Source: Mobula hypostoma
Lineage: Eukaryota
NCBI RefSeq assembly: GCF_963921235.1
Contig: NC_086097.1
Span: 246,948,001-247,012,000, forward strand
Length of the DNA: 64,000 bases
Direction of reading: 5' to 3'
Part shown: positions 49,351 through 62,631 of the stretch, in pieces
Position numbering within the stretch: the stretch's first letter is position 1
Layout of the letters: every line of letters begins with the position of its first letter
Notes under the pieces: model-generated
The model's input: the letters and a program-made list of their open reading frames with translations, nothing else
What the model was told of the DNA's origin: nothing
The model's database searches: none
Position numbers and translations under genes: made by a program

Positions 49351-50448
49351 CCAGACTCAGTTTCAATCTGAAATGTTCCCATAATTGAGACAAAAACAGC
49401 TGAGGCAGGGAGAGGGGAGGGAGCAGGAAGCACCAGAGACACTTTCTGTAACGATCAATAAACCAATTGTCTGGAATCAAATGACCTTGCCTGGTGTCTC
49501 AGGGCTGGGTGTGTTTATGCCCGCAGCAACCCCTGACCCCTGTCCCACACCCCTCCAGCAGTGCTCCACCCTCACCATTCCCAACATCCTTGCTCCCACC
49601 AGATTTACAGCAGATTCCTCTGATACACATTAACAGGTACAGTACTGTGCAAAAATCTTAGGTACCCTAACCACTATACCACCATTCTGCCGGTTGTGTG
49701 CACAGAACTTTCTAACGGCAACTATGAATGGCCAGTAAGTCCAGTCACACCTCCCCCTCCAAATCCCAAAAAAATAGTACGGAGAACAGCACCTAAACTG
49801 GAATGTATGTTTGGTCATTTAATTCTTCTCGTGTGATTGTTCCATTACATTAAATATGTAAGCACACAGCTTCATTGCAATTCCTTCCAGTCTAGAACAA
49901 TCAGATTAATGCATCAATAATCTACAATCAAATTACTGAATCGGAATATTTAAGTCTCTGTAAAAGATATTAAATTTTATCTGAAGATCGAGGACAGCTT
50001 CAAGGAGCGATGCCTCAAAAAGGCGGCATCCATCGTTAAGGACCCCCCCCCCCCCATCACGCAGGACACGCCCTCTCCTCATTGCTATCAAGAAGCCTGA
50101 TAGCACACGCTCAATGATTCAGGAACAGCTTCTTCCCCTCTGCCATCTGATTTATGAACGGACATTGAATCCATGGACATTACCTCACTACTTTTTTTCC
50201 TATTTTTGCACTGCTTGTTTAACTATTTACATACTTACAGTAATTCAGTTTTTTTCCTATTATGTACTGCACTGTACTGCTGCCGCAAATATGCCAGTGA
50301 TATTAAACATGATCCCGATTCTCAGGCATTTTAAATGCTCCCTGGTTTTTTAATGAAAAGATATTATATTTATTTATTACAGAACATTGGCCCCAAAAGA
50401 GAAAAACTTTCAAATTATTATCGAAGATACAAGAAATTAATATAACTA

Positions 50449-50784
<336 letters not shown>

Positions 50785-53069
50785 TCATTTGAATGGCACA
50801 GTGGGTTTGAGAGGCCATCTGGCCTTGTTCTGCTTTCATTTTCTGTTCTTATACCATCTACTGAATGCAGAAGGAAGGCTGCCTACTTTTGTAAGAACAC
50901 AGTTGAATGCAAGGCCATCGTCTTAATTAGGTATAATGAAGCCCATTAAAGTCAGAACTAATTGTAAAATAGTACGCGAATTAACAGTAATAATGAAGTT
51001 GGATTGACTATTCAGCTAACATAATGAAGTCAAAATCCACGTGATTATTTGAAAACTGGTAGCAAGGAACAAGCAGCAGGTTGTTTCTGCATTTGAAAGT
51101 GAAACTTTCCACATTTTAAAATCACTACCAGAAGCTAAAGTCAAGCCATCTGATGAAAGAACCATCAAAATTAAAGGCAATCAAATCTATTAACTGTAAA
51201 CCACCACTCACACCCCTCTTTATATCGGCAGCACAGCAGTGGAAATTGCGAGTACTTTCGAACTCCTGGGAGTGCACATCTCGCTCAGGTATACTCACCA
51301 ATACCTCTGCCGTATTAGGAGCCTGACGAGCTGGACTATGTACATCTATACTCACATCCTACAGATGCACAGTCCAGAGCATCCTAACATGTGGCATCGT
51401 GGCTTGGTTCGGGAACTGCACTGCGGCGGTCAGGAAGGCTCTGCAATGGGTAGTCAAGACTGCCCAGTGCATCACTGGCACCAGCCTATCCATCACCAAG
51501 GACAGTACAAAGACCAGTAACGTCGTGAAGGATCCTAGCCACCCTTCCCTGCGCCTGGACTGTTTGTTCCACTCTCATCAGGGAGAAGGCTACGTGAGAT
51601 TTAACAATCTTGAATCTACAGAAACTATTGTACTTGGATTCAATATTCATGATAAAGCAGTATTTTTGGATGGAATCTACAGTATCATGCAAACACAGAA
51701 TTTCCTAGCTGGGTTCTCTCGACTTCTGAGACTGTTAACGTGATTCTCAATTCTCACAGTCAACTAAAGGTAGGAAAACAAGGTACTGTGTGTAGGCTGG
51801 GGATGGATATCCTGCTCACAAACATGAAACAGCACACTATTGAGTTTCAAGTTACTTGCTTCTCCACATCAGATTAAGGAATTAACCTGGGTCAGGCCTA
51901 TATTCTTCACATCTCTGAATTATTGCTAATCTCCTTGCATGACTGTAAAGCACTTCAAGCAATTATGAAACCATGCAACCAAGGAAGGCCCGACAATAGA
52001 GGGCATCAGATGAAATAATAGTGATAGATCATGGTGAAGTGTACAAACAATGGTTCAACAATAAACAGGAACCACCAACTTCACTAACATAGCTTTGCTG
52101 TCTAATATTACTCAGGCCTCAAAAAAAAACTCAAAAGTCTAGTTACATAAGAACCAGGAAGACGAAGGGTCTTAGCCTGAAAAGTCAGGCAGCATCTCTT
52201 CCTCTTTATAGATGCTGCCTGACTTGCTGCGTTCCTCCAGCATTTTGTGCTTGTAACTCAAGATCTACTGCATCTGCAGAAACTCTGATGCGTTGAGAAG
52301 AACTAGGAGTAGGAATCAGCCATCTGGTCCATTGAGCCTGCTCTGCCGTTCAATAAGATCGTGTCTGATGTGGCTGTGGACTCAGTTCTGGTGACCTGCC
52401 CTTTCCTGTAACCCTTTGTAATCTCCAACAAAAACAAATCAGATTAATGAACCTGATACAACTGAATTCACATGAAATAAATATAAAACAGCTCTTGTGT
52501 GGGCTTGGTTCTAATTCACATGTTCATAGTCAAGAAACAAATTGAGCAAATCAGCTTTTTGTTGGAAAGGTGAACGGCATTTCTGTTTGTTGCAGGTGAT
52601 TTGCTTCTATTAAATGCAGTTCATCATTCTACTCATAAACACGAGATTCGGCAGATACTGGAAATCCATAGCAACACACACACAAAATGCTAGAGGAACT
52701 CAGCAGGTCAGGCAGCATTTATGGAGAGGAATAGAGATGACTCTACCTGAGACCCTTCATCAAAACTGGAAAGGAAGGGGGTGGGGGAGAGAAAGGAGTA
52801 CAAAGTAGAATATGAGAGGTGAAACCAGGTGAGACAGAGATGGATGGGTGGGGGTTGAGATGAAATGAGAAGCCAGGTAGTGATCTGTGGAAGAGGCAAA
52901 GAGCTGAAGGAGGATGAATTTGAAAGGCAAGCACAGTGGACCATGGGAGAAAGGGAAGGTGGAGGGGTACCCCGAGAGAAGTGAAGGGCAGATGAGAAGA
53001 GAAGGGGTAAGTGGGCAGCCAGAAAGAGGAATGGAAAAAGAGGAAGGGGGAAGAAATTACCAGAATGAA

Positions 53070-53645
53070 GAGTACCCAGTGGCCACACATTGTAATTCCA
53101 CATCCCATTCCCATTCTGATATATCTATCCACGGCCTCCTCTACTGTAAAGATGAAGCCACACTCAGGTTGGAGGAACAACACCTTATATTCCGTCTGGG
53201 TAGCCTCCAACCTGATGGCATGAACATTGACTTCTCTAACTTCCGCTAATGCCCCACCTCCCCCTCGTACGCCATCCGTTATTTATTTATATACACATTC
53301 TTTCTCTCTCTCTCCTTTTTCTCCCTGTCCCTCTGACTATACTCCTTGCCCATCCTCCGGTTTTCCCCCCCTCCCCCTTGTCTTTCTTCCCGGACCTCCT
53401 GTCCCATGATCCTCTCATATCCCCTTTGCCAATCACCTGTCCAGCTCTTGGCTCCATCCCTTCCCCTCCTGTCTTCTCCTATCATTTTGGATCTTCCCCT
53501 CCCCCTCCCACTTTCAAATCTCTTACTAGCTCTTCTTTCAGTTAGTCCTGACGAAGGGTCTCGGCCCGAAACGTCGACTGTACCTCTTCCTAGAGATGCT
53601 GCCTGGCCTGCTGCGTTCACCAGCAACTTTGATGTGTGTTGCTTC
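53070..53645 (+). mobile_element. Younger Penelope-like element 3' end (GIY-YIG C-terminus plus terminal repeat)
   Basis: PVATHCNSTSHSHSDISIHGLLYCKDEATLRLEEQHLIFRLGSLQPDGMNIDFSNFR* followed by a hammerhead-bearing repeat. Confidence 0.85.
53543..53580 (+). ncRNA. Minimal type I hammerhead ribozyme motif with intact core
   Basis: TAGTC CTGACGA A GGGTCTCGGCCC GAAAC GTC GACTG. Predicted cleavage after C53575. Confidence 0.8.
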
Positions 53646-54469
53646 AATGTTCGTGCAATCAGGTTAGAGGCTACCTAAACAGAATGTGGTGCTGTTCCTC
53701 CAACCAGAGAGTGACCTCATCATGGCAGTCAATGAGGCCATAGACTTACATGTCGTAATGGGAATAGGGGTTGGAATTAAAGGCTGGCCACCAGGAAATC
53801 CTGCCTGTTGCAGATAGAGCAAAGGTGCTTGACATAGCAGACCCCAATCTATGCTGAGTCTCACCAATGTACAGGAGGCTGCACCAGGAGCACCAGATAC
53901 AGTAGAAACATAGAAAACCTACAGCACAATACAGGCCCTTTGGCCCACAATGCTGTGCCGAACATGTACAAACAGTAGATGACTCTGACAGATTTGCAGG
54001 CGAAGTGTTGCCTCATCTGGAAGAACTATTTTGGGGCCCTGAATGGAAGTGAGGAAGGAGGAGATTCCTCTTGTTCCTGTTCACAGATGTGTGACATAAT
54101 ACCACCCCATTCAATTGTTCAATTCAACAGACAACAAATTTGGAAACCACTGTTTGGAAACCACAGTCCTAAGCCAATGTCAAATGCACCACACAATGCC
54201 TCAGCTTTAACAGAACAGAAAAATAACCAGAAGAGAGAGGAGGTCCTCCATTGGTCGGGATCGGCCATGGATATTGCGTCGTAGCTGTCTACATGATACA
54301 CAAGCCAGGCCAGTACGATACGGAGAGTGAGCTGTTGCCCATGTAGTAGCCTCCCCCTCTCCACACAGCTGATGAATCCAAGGAATGGCAGAGACCAATA
54401 CAGTTTAACACCATTGGTGTCACAGGAGTTCCAGTCAGCACTGGACTCAACATAGGACTGCCTTAGGGA

Positions 54470-54910
54470 TGCAAGCTCTGGGTCTGTACTCGCTGGCATT
54501 CAGGAAGGATGAGGGGGGATCTCATTGAAACCTTTTGAATGTTGAAAGGCCTAGACAGAGTAGATGTGGAAAGGATGTTTCCCATGGTGGGGGAGTCTAG
54601 GACAAGACGGTACAGTCTCAGGATAGAGGGGCACCCTTTCAAAACAGAGATGCAGATGAATTTCTTTAGCCAAAGGGTGGCGAATTTGTGGAATTTGTTA
54701 CCACATGCAGCTGTGGAGGCCAGGTCCTTGGGTGTATTTAAGGCAGAGATTGATAAGTTCTTGATTGGACATGGCATCAAAGGTTACGGGGAGAAGGCCG
54801 AGAACTAAGGTTCAGGAGGAGATAGAAGAAAAAGGATCAGCCATGATTGAATGGTGGAGCAGACTCGATGGGCCAGATGGCCTAATTCTGCTCCTATGTC
54901 TTATGGTCTA
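54470..54910 (+). mobile_element. CR1 3' fragment
   Basis: ORF 54539-54808 LKGLDRVDVERMFP..FFSQRVANLWN and the tail CCTATGTCTTATGGTC. Confidence 0.85.
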
Positions 54911-55129
54911 AGTTATCCTTTAAGGTATTCAGCACAAGGACTCCCAAATCCCTTTGCATCTCAGATTTTAGGATTTTTGGAATTTTTCCTCGTTTAGAAA
55001 AGTCTGCACATTTATTTCTACCACCAAAGTGCATAAACTCTTTGTGGTGCTCAGTCATGGCAATTTAGTCATATCCTTTTTTTTCCCCCGACCTGAAACA
55101 ACTAACAATTAAGTGCCAACTGTTCTACT

Positions 55130-57575
55130 TACCAAGAGAGTTCTCCTCCGTGATCCTAACCGCAGTTTATATACTGCCGAAAGCCGATAGCAATCAGGCA
55201 CTCAGGCCAACGTGACAGCATCCTTCAGGAGGGTGAACTCATGAAGTGTATCCAGCCCAGATGGGGTACCTGACCGAGGCCTGTGCTGATCAACCCCTCA
55301 ATTTGGAAGTCTGAGGTATCCAACTGCTTCGAGCAGGCTTCAACTATACCTGTGCTTAAGAAGAACTTGGTGACCCGTCTCAATGATTATTGCCCAGTAG
55401 CACTTATACCCACTGTGATGAAGTGCTTTGAGAGGTTGGTGATGAAGAAGTATGAACTCCTGCCTGAGGAGCAATTTGGATCTACTTCAATTTGTCTACT
55501 GTCACAGCAGGTCAACAGCAAATACTATTTCATTGGCTCTTCTCTCGACCATAGAATATCTAGACAACAAAGATGCATACATCAGGATGCTCTTCATCGA
55601 CTACAGCTCAGCATTCAATACCATTGTCCCCTCAGAACTAATCAACAAGCCTCAAGACCTTGGCCTTGAAACCTCCTAGTGCAACTGGATCCTCGATTTC
55701 CTCAGGTGCAGACCGTAGTCAGTTCTGAATGGCAAAAACATCTTCTCCACCATCTCCATCAGAACAGGTGCACCACAAGGCTACATGCTTAGCCCCCCCA
55801 TTGTACTCACTTTATACTTCTGACTGTGTGGCTAAGCACAGCTCCAATGCCATAATTAAGTTTGCAGACGACATCACTGTTGTTGGCTGAATCAGAGGTT
55901 GTGACAAATCAGCATATAGGAGGGAAACTGAAAAGCTGGCTAAGTGGTGCCACAACGACATCCTTTCAATCAATGTCAGCAAGACCAAGGAACTGATTGA
56001 CTTCAGGAACAGGAAGCCAGAGGTCCATAGCCAGACCTTATTAGGGAATCTGAGGAGGGGTGGGTCAGCAATTTTAAATTCTTCGGTATCACTTTAGAGG
56101 TTCTGTCCTGAGGGTGCATCCAGATGACAGACTTGAGTGGAGCACCAACATAGAGGCTGTGTACAAGAATGGCCAGAATCATCTCTACTTCCTGAGGAGA
56201 CTGAGGTCCTTTGGAGTACGTAGGCCTCTCCTTCACGTGCTCTACCAGCCTCTCCTTCACGTGCTCTACCAATTTGTTGTCGCCAGTATAACCTCCTACG
56301 GTTGATGCCAACAGGCTCAATAAATTGATTAGAAAGGCTGTCTCTGTTATAGGAGTCAAGCTGGACACACTGGAGGCTGTGGTAGAACAAAGGACCCTAC
56401 AGAAAATTATGGCAATTGTGGACAACGTTTCTTACACTCTGTGTGCCACCTTGGCTGAACAGAGGAGCACTTTCAATAATAGACTAAGACAACTGCGGCG
56501 CTCCAAAGAGCTGTTTGTAAGGTAATTCTTACCCTTGGCCATAAGGATCTACCGTGAGTCAACCTATAGCACAGGAAGCGATGACCACTCCTGTGCAACT
56601 GTCTGTGGTAACTTTTTTTAAATTCTTTCTACTTCTCTTTAATATTTTTATCTGTGCACTTGTAATACTACTGTAAAACTATAATTTCCTTTGGGATCAA
56701 TAAAGTATCAATCTATCTCTAAGTGCGGTTCCTAAGAAACCACAGCATCGCCTCTATTTACATAGAAGTTTGCGAAGATTCAACATGACACCTAAAACTT
56801 TGACAAACTTCTCTAGATGTACAGTGGAAGAGTATATTGATTGGTTGCATCACAGCCTGATATGGTAGATCAATGCCCTTGAACGGAAAATCCTACAAAA
56901 GATAGTGGGTACAGCCCAGTCCATCCCCTTAGCACCTAGGCCACACCCTGTTCTTACTGCTGCCATCAGGAAGTTGGTACAGGGGACTCAGGAACCATGG
57001 CACTAGGTTCAGGAGAATTTATTAGGCCTCAATCATCAGACTCTTAATACAGTGGGTATGCCAGGACAAATAGGTACAAGTTCAGTTTCTTTTTGTATGC
57101 CATCAGTCTTATGAACACTTGAATTTTAGTCTATTATAAACCAAGTTCACCTGTACATACACAGGCATACCTCATTGTATATAGTTCACGATTATTTGCA
57201 CTAATGTTTTGTTTGCTTTTTGATTTTGTACAGCGAGAGCTCAGGGCAACCGGCATCATATTCCCTGTATGTGTCCACATACTTGGCGATAATAAAGGAT
57301 TCTGATAACTTTATTTACCCCATCACTGATCTATTTCCTCAACCTATGGATTCACTTCATCTCACGTTCTTGATATTTATTGTTTATTTATTATTTCTTT
57401 TATCCCTCTTGTATTTGTACAATGTGTTGTGTTTTGCACATTGTTTGTCCGTCGTGTTGGGTGTGGTCTTTCACTGATTCTATCATGTTCCTTAGATTTA
57501 CTTAGAAAATGAATCTCAGGGCTGTATATGGTGATGTGTACTTTGATAATAAATTTACTTTGAACTTGAACTTTA
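55130..57575 (+). mobile_element. Cluster of nested, degenerate Rex1/Babar-type LINE fragments
   Basis: [36 protein letters not shown] and LYFLRRLRSF remnants, with three separate 3' ends (~56715, ~57305, ~57570). Confidence 0.75.
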
Positions 57576-59097
57576 CAGAGCAAGGCAGAGGTTGAAACGT
57601 CAGGAAAGGAAGGAGGTATCAGCTGCTTTATAAGAGATGTAACCCAACGGGTCTAGGTTGTTCGAAGACATCTGTTAATCCCCAAAACTTTCCAAAAACT
57701 ACTAAAGTGCTGCAAATTGGATTTGAACAACTGCAGAATCTTACTCATAGTTCAAAGTAAATCTATTATCAAAATACATTTATGTCACCATATACTTCCC
57801 CGAGATTCATTTTTGAAATTAACATAATTCAAGTCTATAGCAACATACAAGTGATCCCTTTGTTATGGGGGAGCAGCAGATTGTGTTCCTGGAAAATGGG
57901 CCATATCACAATTTTTTAGTAATGCAAAGTCACATCATCTGTGCATGCGGCGATAATCGCGAGATGAGAAAATTGTGTTATTTTATTTACTTTTTTAAAT
58001 CCACACCAATTCTGTGAATGCCAATTTTAAATCACATCTCAGATTTTCGGGCAGTGAATCTTGAGATCTGTATGAGCGAATTTCTGTAATCTGAGCAGCC
58101 ATAAAGAATGGGTTGCCCAAACTGGCATCTAAACTATTTAAAAATTCATAAGTAACTGAAGAATGCAACTCCATTCTCCAGGGATTTGCAACCTTGTGAT
58201 AAGCTAGACGGTCCATGGTCCAATTTCCTAATGACTAAAATGCCAAGGAAGCAATGGAGAGTGTTTATCCATACTGGTCCTGTGTCATATTAATTATGTT
58301 CCCAAACAGCCAGAGCTGCACTTGTCAGGAAAACCCAGCCTTGGAATGACATAAGCTAGAGGATAATACAAAATTAAAAAGAGAAGAACTGGTATATCTC
58401 TTGCAAAATAGATGATAAAAATCTACAAAAAAATGAGCAAAGAAAAAAGATTAAAATAATTTTTTAAATTGTATTATAATAGTGGTTAGGAGATGTGCAG
58501 TCTTGTATAGGCTGTTGTAATTTTTAATGAAAAAGACTGCAGACAAAATGAATTTGCCTTAGTAGTAATAGCTTTGGGGGATGGTGGAGCACAAAGCGCA
58601 GAATCAAATTTCGCTGTGATGATTGTACGCTCCAGTATCAATTGTTTGGCGACAATAAAGACAAGTCTCTACCAAAGGAGGTGCAAGATGCTCCTTCCCT
58701 CCACTAGTCTGCAGGTCACCCTCGGGCAAGTTGTAGCACCCCCCACCCCCGATCAGGGTTACGTGAAGCCATGGGAGTAGGTGGTGGATGGTCATTTGAG
58801 CAGCTGGTGCATATCACAAGTCCTGGTTAAGCAACCACTGATACCAGGCAGACAGTCTCTGAAGAGTATTGATAATGACTAGGGTAATGCTTGTAAAGAC
58901 ACTGCCCAGAAGGTAGCAATGGCAAACCACTTCTGGTAGAAAAATTTGCCAAGAACAGTCATGGTCATGATCGCCCACCTGATACGACACATTACATAAC
59001 AAACGAATGAGTAAGAGCCAGGTATCGGGCATTATTTTGACGTTACAAATGAACTATACCGAATCAGGAATGTGACACCATAAATATTGCACTAGAG

Positions 59098-59177
59098 CAG
59101 GGGTTCCCAATCTTTTTTATGTCTCTGGCCGTTACCATTAACCATGGGGTCCATGGATCCCAGGCTGGGAAACCCTG
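59098..59177. mobile_element. Short hAT-type MITE
   Basis: Ends CAGGGGTTCCCAATC and GGCTGGGAAACCCTG resemble the TIRs at 43983/45437. TSD decayed. Confidence 0.55.
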
Positions 59178-59771
59178 CAGAAAAGTTTCAATATCTTAAT
59201 ACATTACCAATAATATTCCAGAGATTATGATTCAAACAGTGTTCAAGTGGACTGAAAAACTGCAAAATATTTTACCCAGTCTTGCCTTATAACTCAAGTC
59301 CTCCAGTGTCAGAATCTTTTCTACACCCTCTCTAGGTTCATCGTATCCTTCCTATAGTCTGGTGACCAGAACTGCACACAAGATGTCAAGTGCAGTTTCA
59401 TCCATCAACATCTGTAACTCGTCCATAGATCCCTCAAAGTTGCAATCCAAGTTGACACAGGTGTTAAGAGAGCATATGGTATGTTGTCCTTCAATAGTCC
59501 GGGGAAATTTGAGTTCAAGAGTCACGAGGTAATGTTGCAATTATATAAAACTCTGGTTAGACCACATTTGGAATAGTGTGTTCATTTCTGAGTGCCTCTT
59601 TACAGGATAATTTACAACAACCAATTAACCTACTAACTAGTACATCATGGAATGTGGGAGGAAATCCACATGGTCACAAGGAGAAGGTACAAACTCCTTA
59701 CAGAGAGCAATGGGCACTGATATGGCACCAGGCTGCTCATTAGTTGCACATTTAGTTACAATGTTACAATA

Positions 59772-60526
59772 CAGTGGATTCCAGTTAACAGGGATACATC
59801 GGGACCAGACATCTCGGCCCAATTAAGCAGCTGCCCCAATTAGCTGAAGTTTCATGGGAACAGTTAAAAAGGTACAAAAAAGATAAACTACCATTTAACT
59901 GAGTAACAAATTACATATTTAAGTGAAATACAGAACACATTAGAACACTACCAATACAACTGTGTATTAGATTCCAATAATTATCGACAGAGGAATTCAT
60001 CCAGTGTACACTGCTGTGTTCTTTTGATTATTACAATTGAATAAAATCAGGACAGACACCTGGTGCAGATCATGGACTACCTTCATAGAATGCCTTTTGA
60101 CAATCGCATCCTCCAAATCTTTATTTTCATTGTAATATTCAAGATGATTGTCAATACCTTCAAATTTTTTGTAGTTTCCAACTTGAAGTAGTGAAATCAT
60201 TTCATCTTCATTCCTGGCTATTACTGGCATCTCTGAGAACACTTGAAACCACAGTGAGCAAACCAGTTCTGAATTGTCTTACTGCTTATTTATCACCATC
60301 TATCAGTGACAAAAAAACCACTTTTTTTTTACAGAAACGCACACAAATGACACTATTTAAAAACTGTTCTCTCTAAGCATGGTGTAGTGTGTAATAGCCA
60401 CACAAGTGCACTAAGCGAGTAATGCTAGTCCCAAACAAAGTAAGGGATTCCCACCTATCTTATCGATTAGTTTTTGTCCTTAAAGAGTTGTCCCAAATAA
60501 CACAGCCCAATTAACTAGATCAACTG
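59772..60526. mobile_element. Tigger-like non-autonomous DNA transposon
   Basis: TIRs CAGTGGATTCCAGTTAA and TTAACTAGATCAACTG with TA on both sides (59770-59771 and 60527-60528). Confidence 0.8.
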
Positions 60527-61904
60527 TATACATGGTAGGAAAAGCATTCTTAATTAAGCAAGGTTGCAAATCGTTAGATTTCATCACAAAAAAAAAAGAA
60601 AAAAATTAAACAAGTGCTCTACCTAATAAATTCAAAATGACTTTTATATATCCAAAAACATTTCCAGTGTCACACTGTGGCCACCAATATTTGTCCAAGG
60701 ACAAATGAGATTACAATGGCCAGCTGTAATATTCTACTGAAAAATCTCAAAAATCCATTCCAGAAAGCTGCACATTATTTTTTTTAATTTAAAAATTTCC
60801 TGAATAGCAGTTTCCCTTTGCATCCTTTAGCTATTTTATTGAGTATTGCTGTAGACTACAAGAGATCCCCTGCGGACTTTGTGGGATTACGTGCAAGGAC
60901 TTAATTGGAGTGAATTTGATATTAGGTCATTTACACATGAATCCTAATGAACAGATGGGAAACAGCAAAATCATGCCGGAGCTTGATCAAACAATGCAAG
61001 AGCAGATGGAACGCCACAGCAAATGGGAAGGATACCATGGGGCAGGGGGGCCAAATCTTTGAGGATTATGAAATCTATGAGGATTTCATAACGTATCACC
61101 TAATGTCACGTGTTCAGGCAACATTCTAGCTGGTACAACGCTGGTGTGAGACTGTTCCTGTGAAAATGTCGCGCTGCTCTCAAGATGTAAAACAAATCAT
61201 TCACTCCTTCATTTGGCAATAAAGATATTTATTATCTATCTTTACGGGTGGAGTTTAAAGAATCAAGAGGCAACACCGCATGCTGTGTGCTACAAAATTT
61301 TGCATGTGCCACCTTGGGCAAGCCTGCTGTAGGTTCACCACTCCGCTACAGACTAAAGTTCTCTCACAATTTTTGAAATTGGACTTTGTACGATAGCTGC
61401 ACAATTGCAAGAAATGCAAGGGTAAATTTCACCAACTAGCACTGAGCTCCAAAAAAAAACTGCTCACAACCGCTCACTCTTTACAACCTGCCACGACTAA
61501 CTCGTCCCTTACATAGGGCATCACTTGACCCTGTCCACTTCTAGCTAGACAAGAATGAAGAGGTGAAAAGCTTTTCACCGCTTCCATGTATACAGAATTC
61601 GTCCTCAGGTTCAGTCCTTGTTCATGACTCCAAAGTAAAAATTATCAGAGTACATAGATGTCACCATACACAACCCTGAGATTCTTAGCAAATCTTCAGA
61701 ACAGTAACTGTACAGGATCTGTAAACTGTAAACATCAAGAACTGCAAACTGTAAAGAAACTGTGCAAATGTAGATAATAAATAAATAACGAGCATGAAAT
61801 AACAAGATAAAATAGCCCCCCCTTTGTTTAAGAGCCTGATGGTTCGGGGGTAGTTACTGTTCTTGATCACTTTACACAAAACGGAAAAATTTGCACTTGT
61901 AGAA

Positions 61905-62185
61905 TAATTTTAAGGTGTCTGGAGGTAAGTATTTGGGGTGGGGGTGGAATGTCAAGGGTAAGTTCTTTACAAAGAGAGTGAAGAGTGTGTGAAATACACT
62001 GCCTGGGGTGGTGGTAGAGGAGATACATTAGGGACATTTAAGAAACTCTTAGATAGGCACATGGATGATAGAAAGATGGAGGGCTATGTAGGAGGGAAGG
62101 GTTAGATTGGTCAAGGAGTAGATTAAAAGTTCAGCAAAACATTGTGGGCTGAAGGACATGTATTGTAATACTAAGTTTTATATGT
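61905..62185 (+). mobile_element. Old CR1 3' fragment
   Basis: Similar to 46100-46366 and 1430-1680. Confidence 0.7.
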
Positions 62186-62364
62186 TTACACCGACTGAAC
62201 AGTCCAGAACTGTTAGGGTTTTGGACCTAATACATTAATAATGCCAGCAATGCCCATTTCCTCAAAACATGAAAAAAAAGGTTCCTGATCCTTTAGCTGG
62301 TTGATGAAGCATTCACAACTTTTTTTTTCTGATTGCTTAATAACGACTCCATTATCACCAGATT

Positions 62365-62631
62365 GGCCGGCTGGTGGCGCAATGGCATCAGCGCTGTACT
62401 CCGGAACGAAGGTTCCTGAGTTCGAATCCAAGTTGGGCCACCCCCCGCCACCCCAGCACACTTTCCATCCATGCCGGGTTAAGCATCGAGCTATTCACTC
62501 GGCCTTGTAAAAAAAAAGAGTCGAGTCAGGAACATTCATATTGTGGCCCGGTTAATCCGAAAGGAGACCAATCCTGACACCACGTGCCAGACAAGAATGG
62601 CTGACTGTCTGGTGCGACACGATAAAAAAAA
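62365..62631 (+). mobile_element. Intact tRNA-derived SINE with an 11-bp TSD
   Basis: A-box TGGCGCAATGG, B-box GAGTTCGAATCC and an A-tail. TSD ATCACCAGATT at 62354-62364 and 62632-62642. Confidence 0.88.

Larger units (their letters stand above)
52630..54050 (-). mobile_element. Older Penelope-like fragment (52630-~53065 and ~53645-54050) interrupted by a younger opposite-strand copy
   Basis: Reverse-complement terminal repeat followed by GIY-YIG coding remnants. A 65-bp CR1 tail (53904-53968) flanked by ACAGTAGA is also inserted. Confidence 0.7.

Noticed and set aside
56224..56271. 24-bp direct repeat (GCCTCTCCTTCACGTGCTCTACCA x2)
   Set aside because: A simple tandem duplication inside a dead LINE with no sign of function.
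62365..62440. tRNA gene
   Set aside because: A and B boxes are present, but there is no convincing cloverleaf, and the body, A-tail and TSD indicate a SINE.
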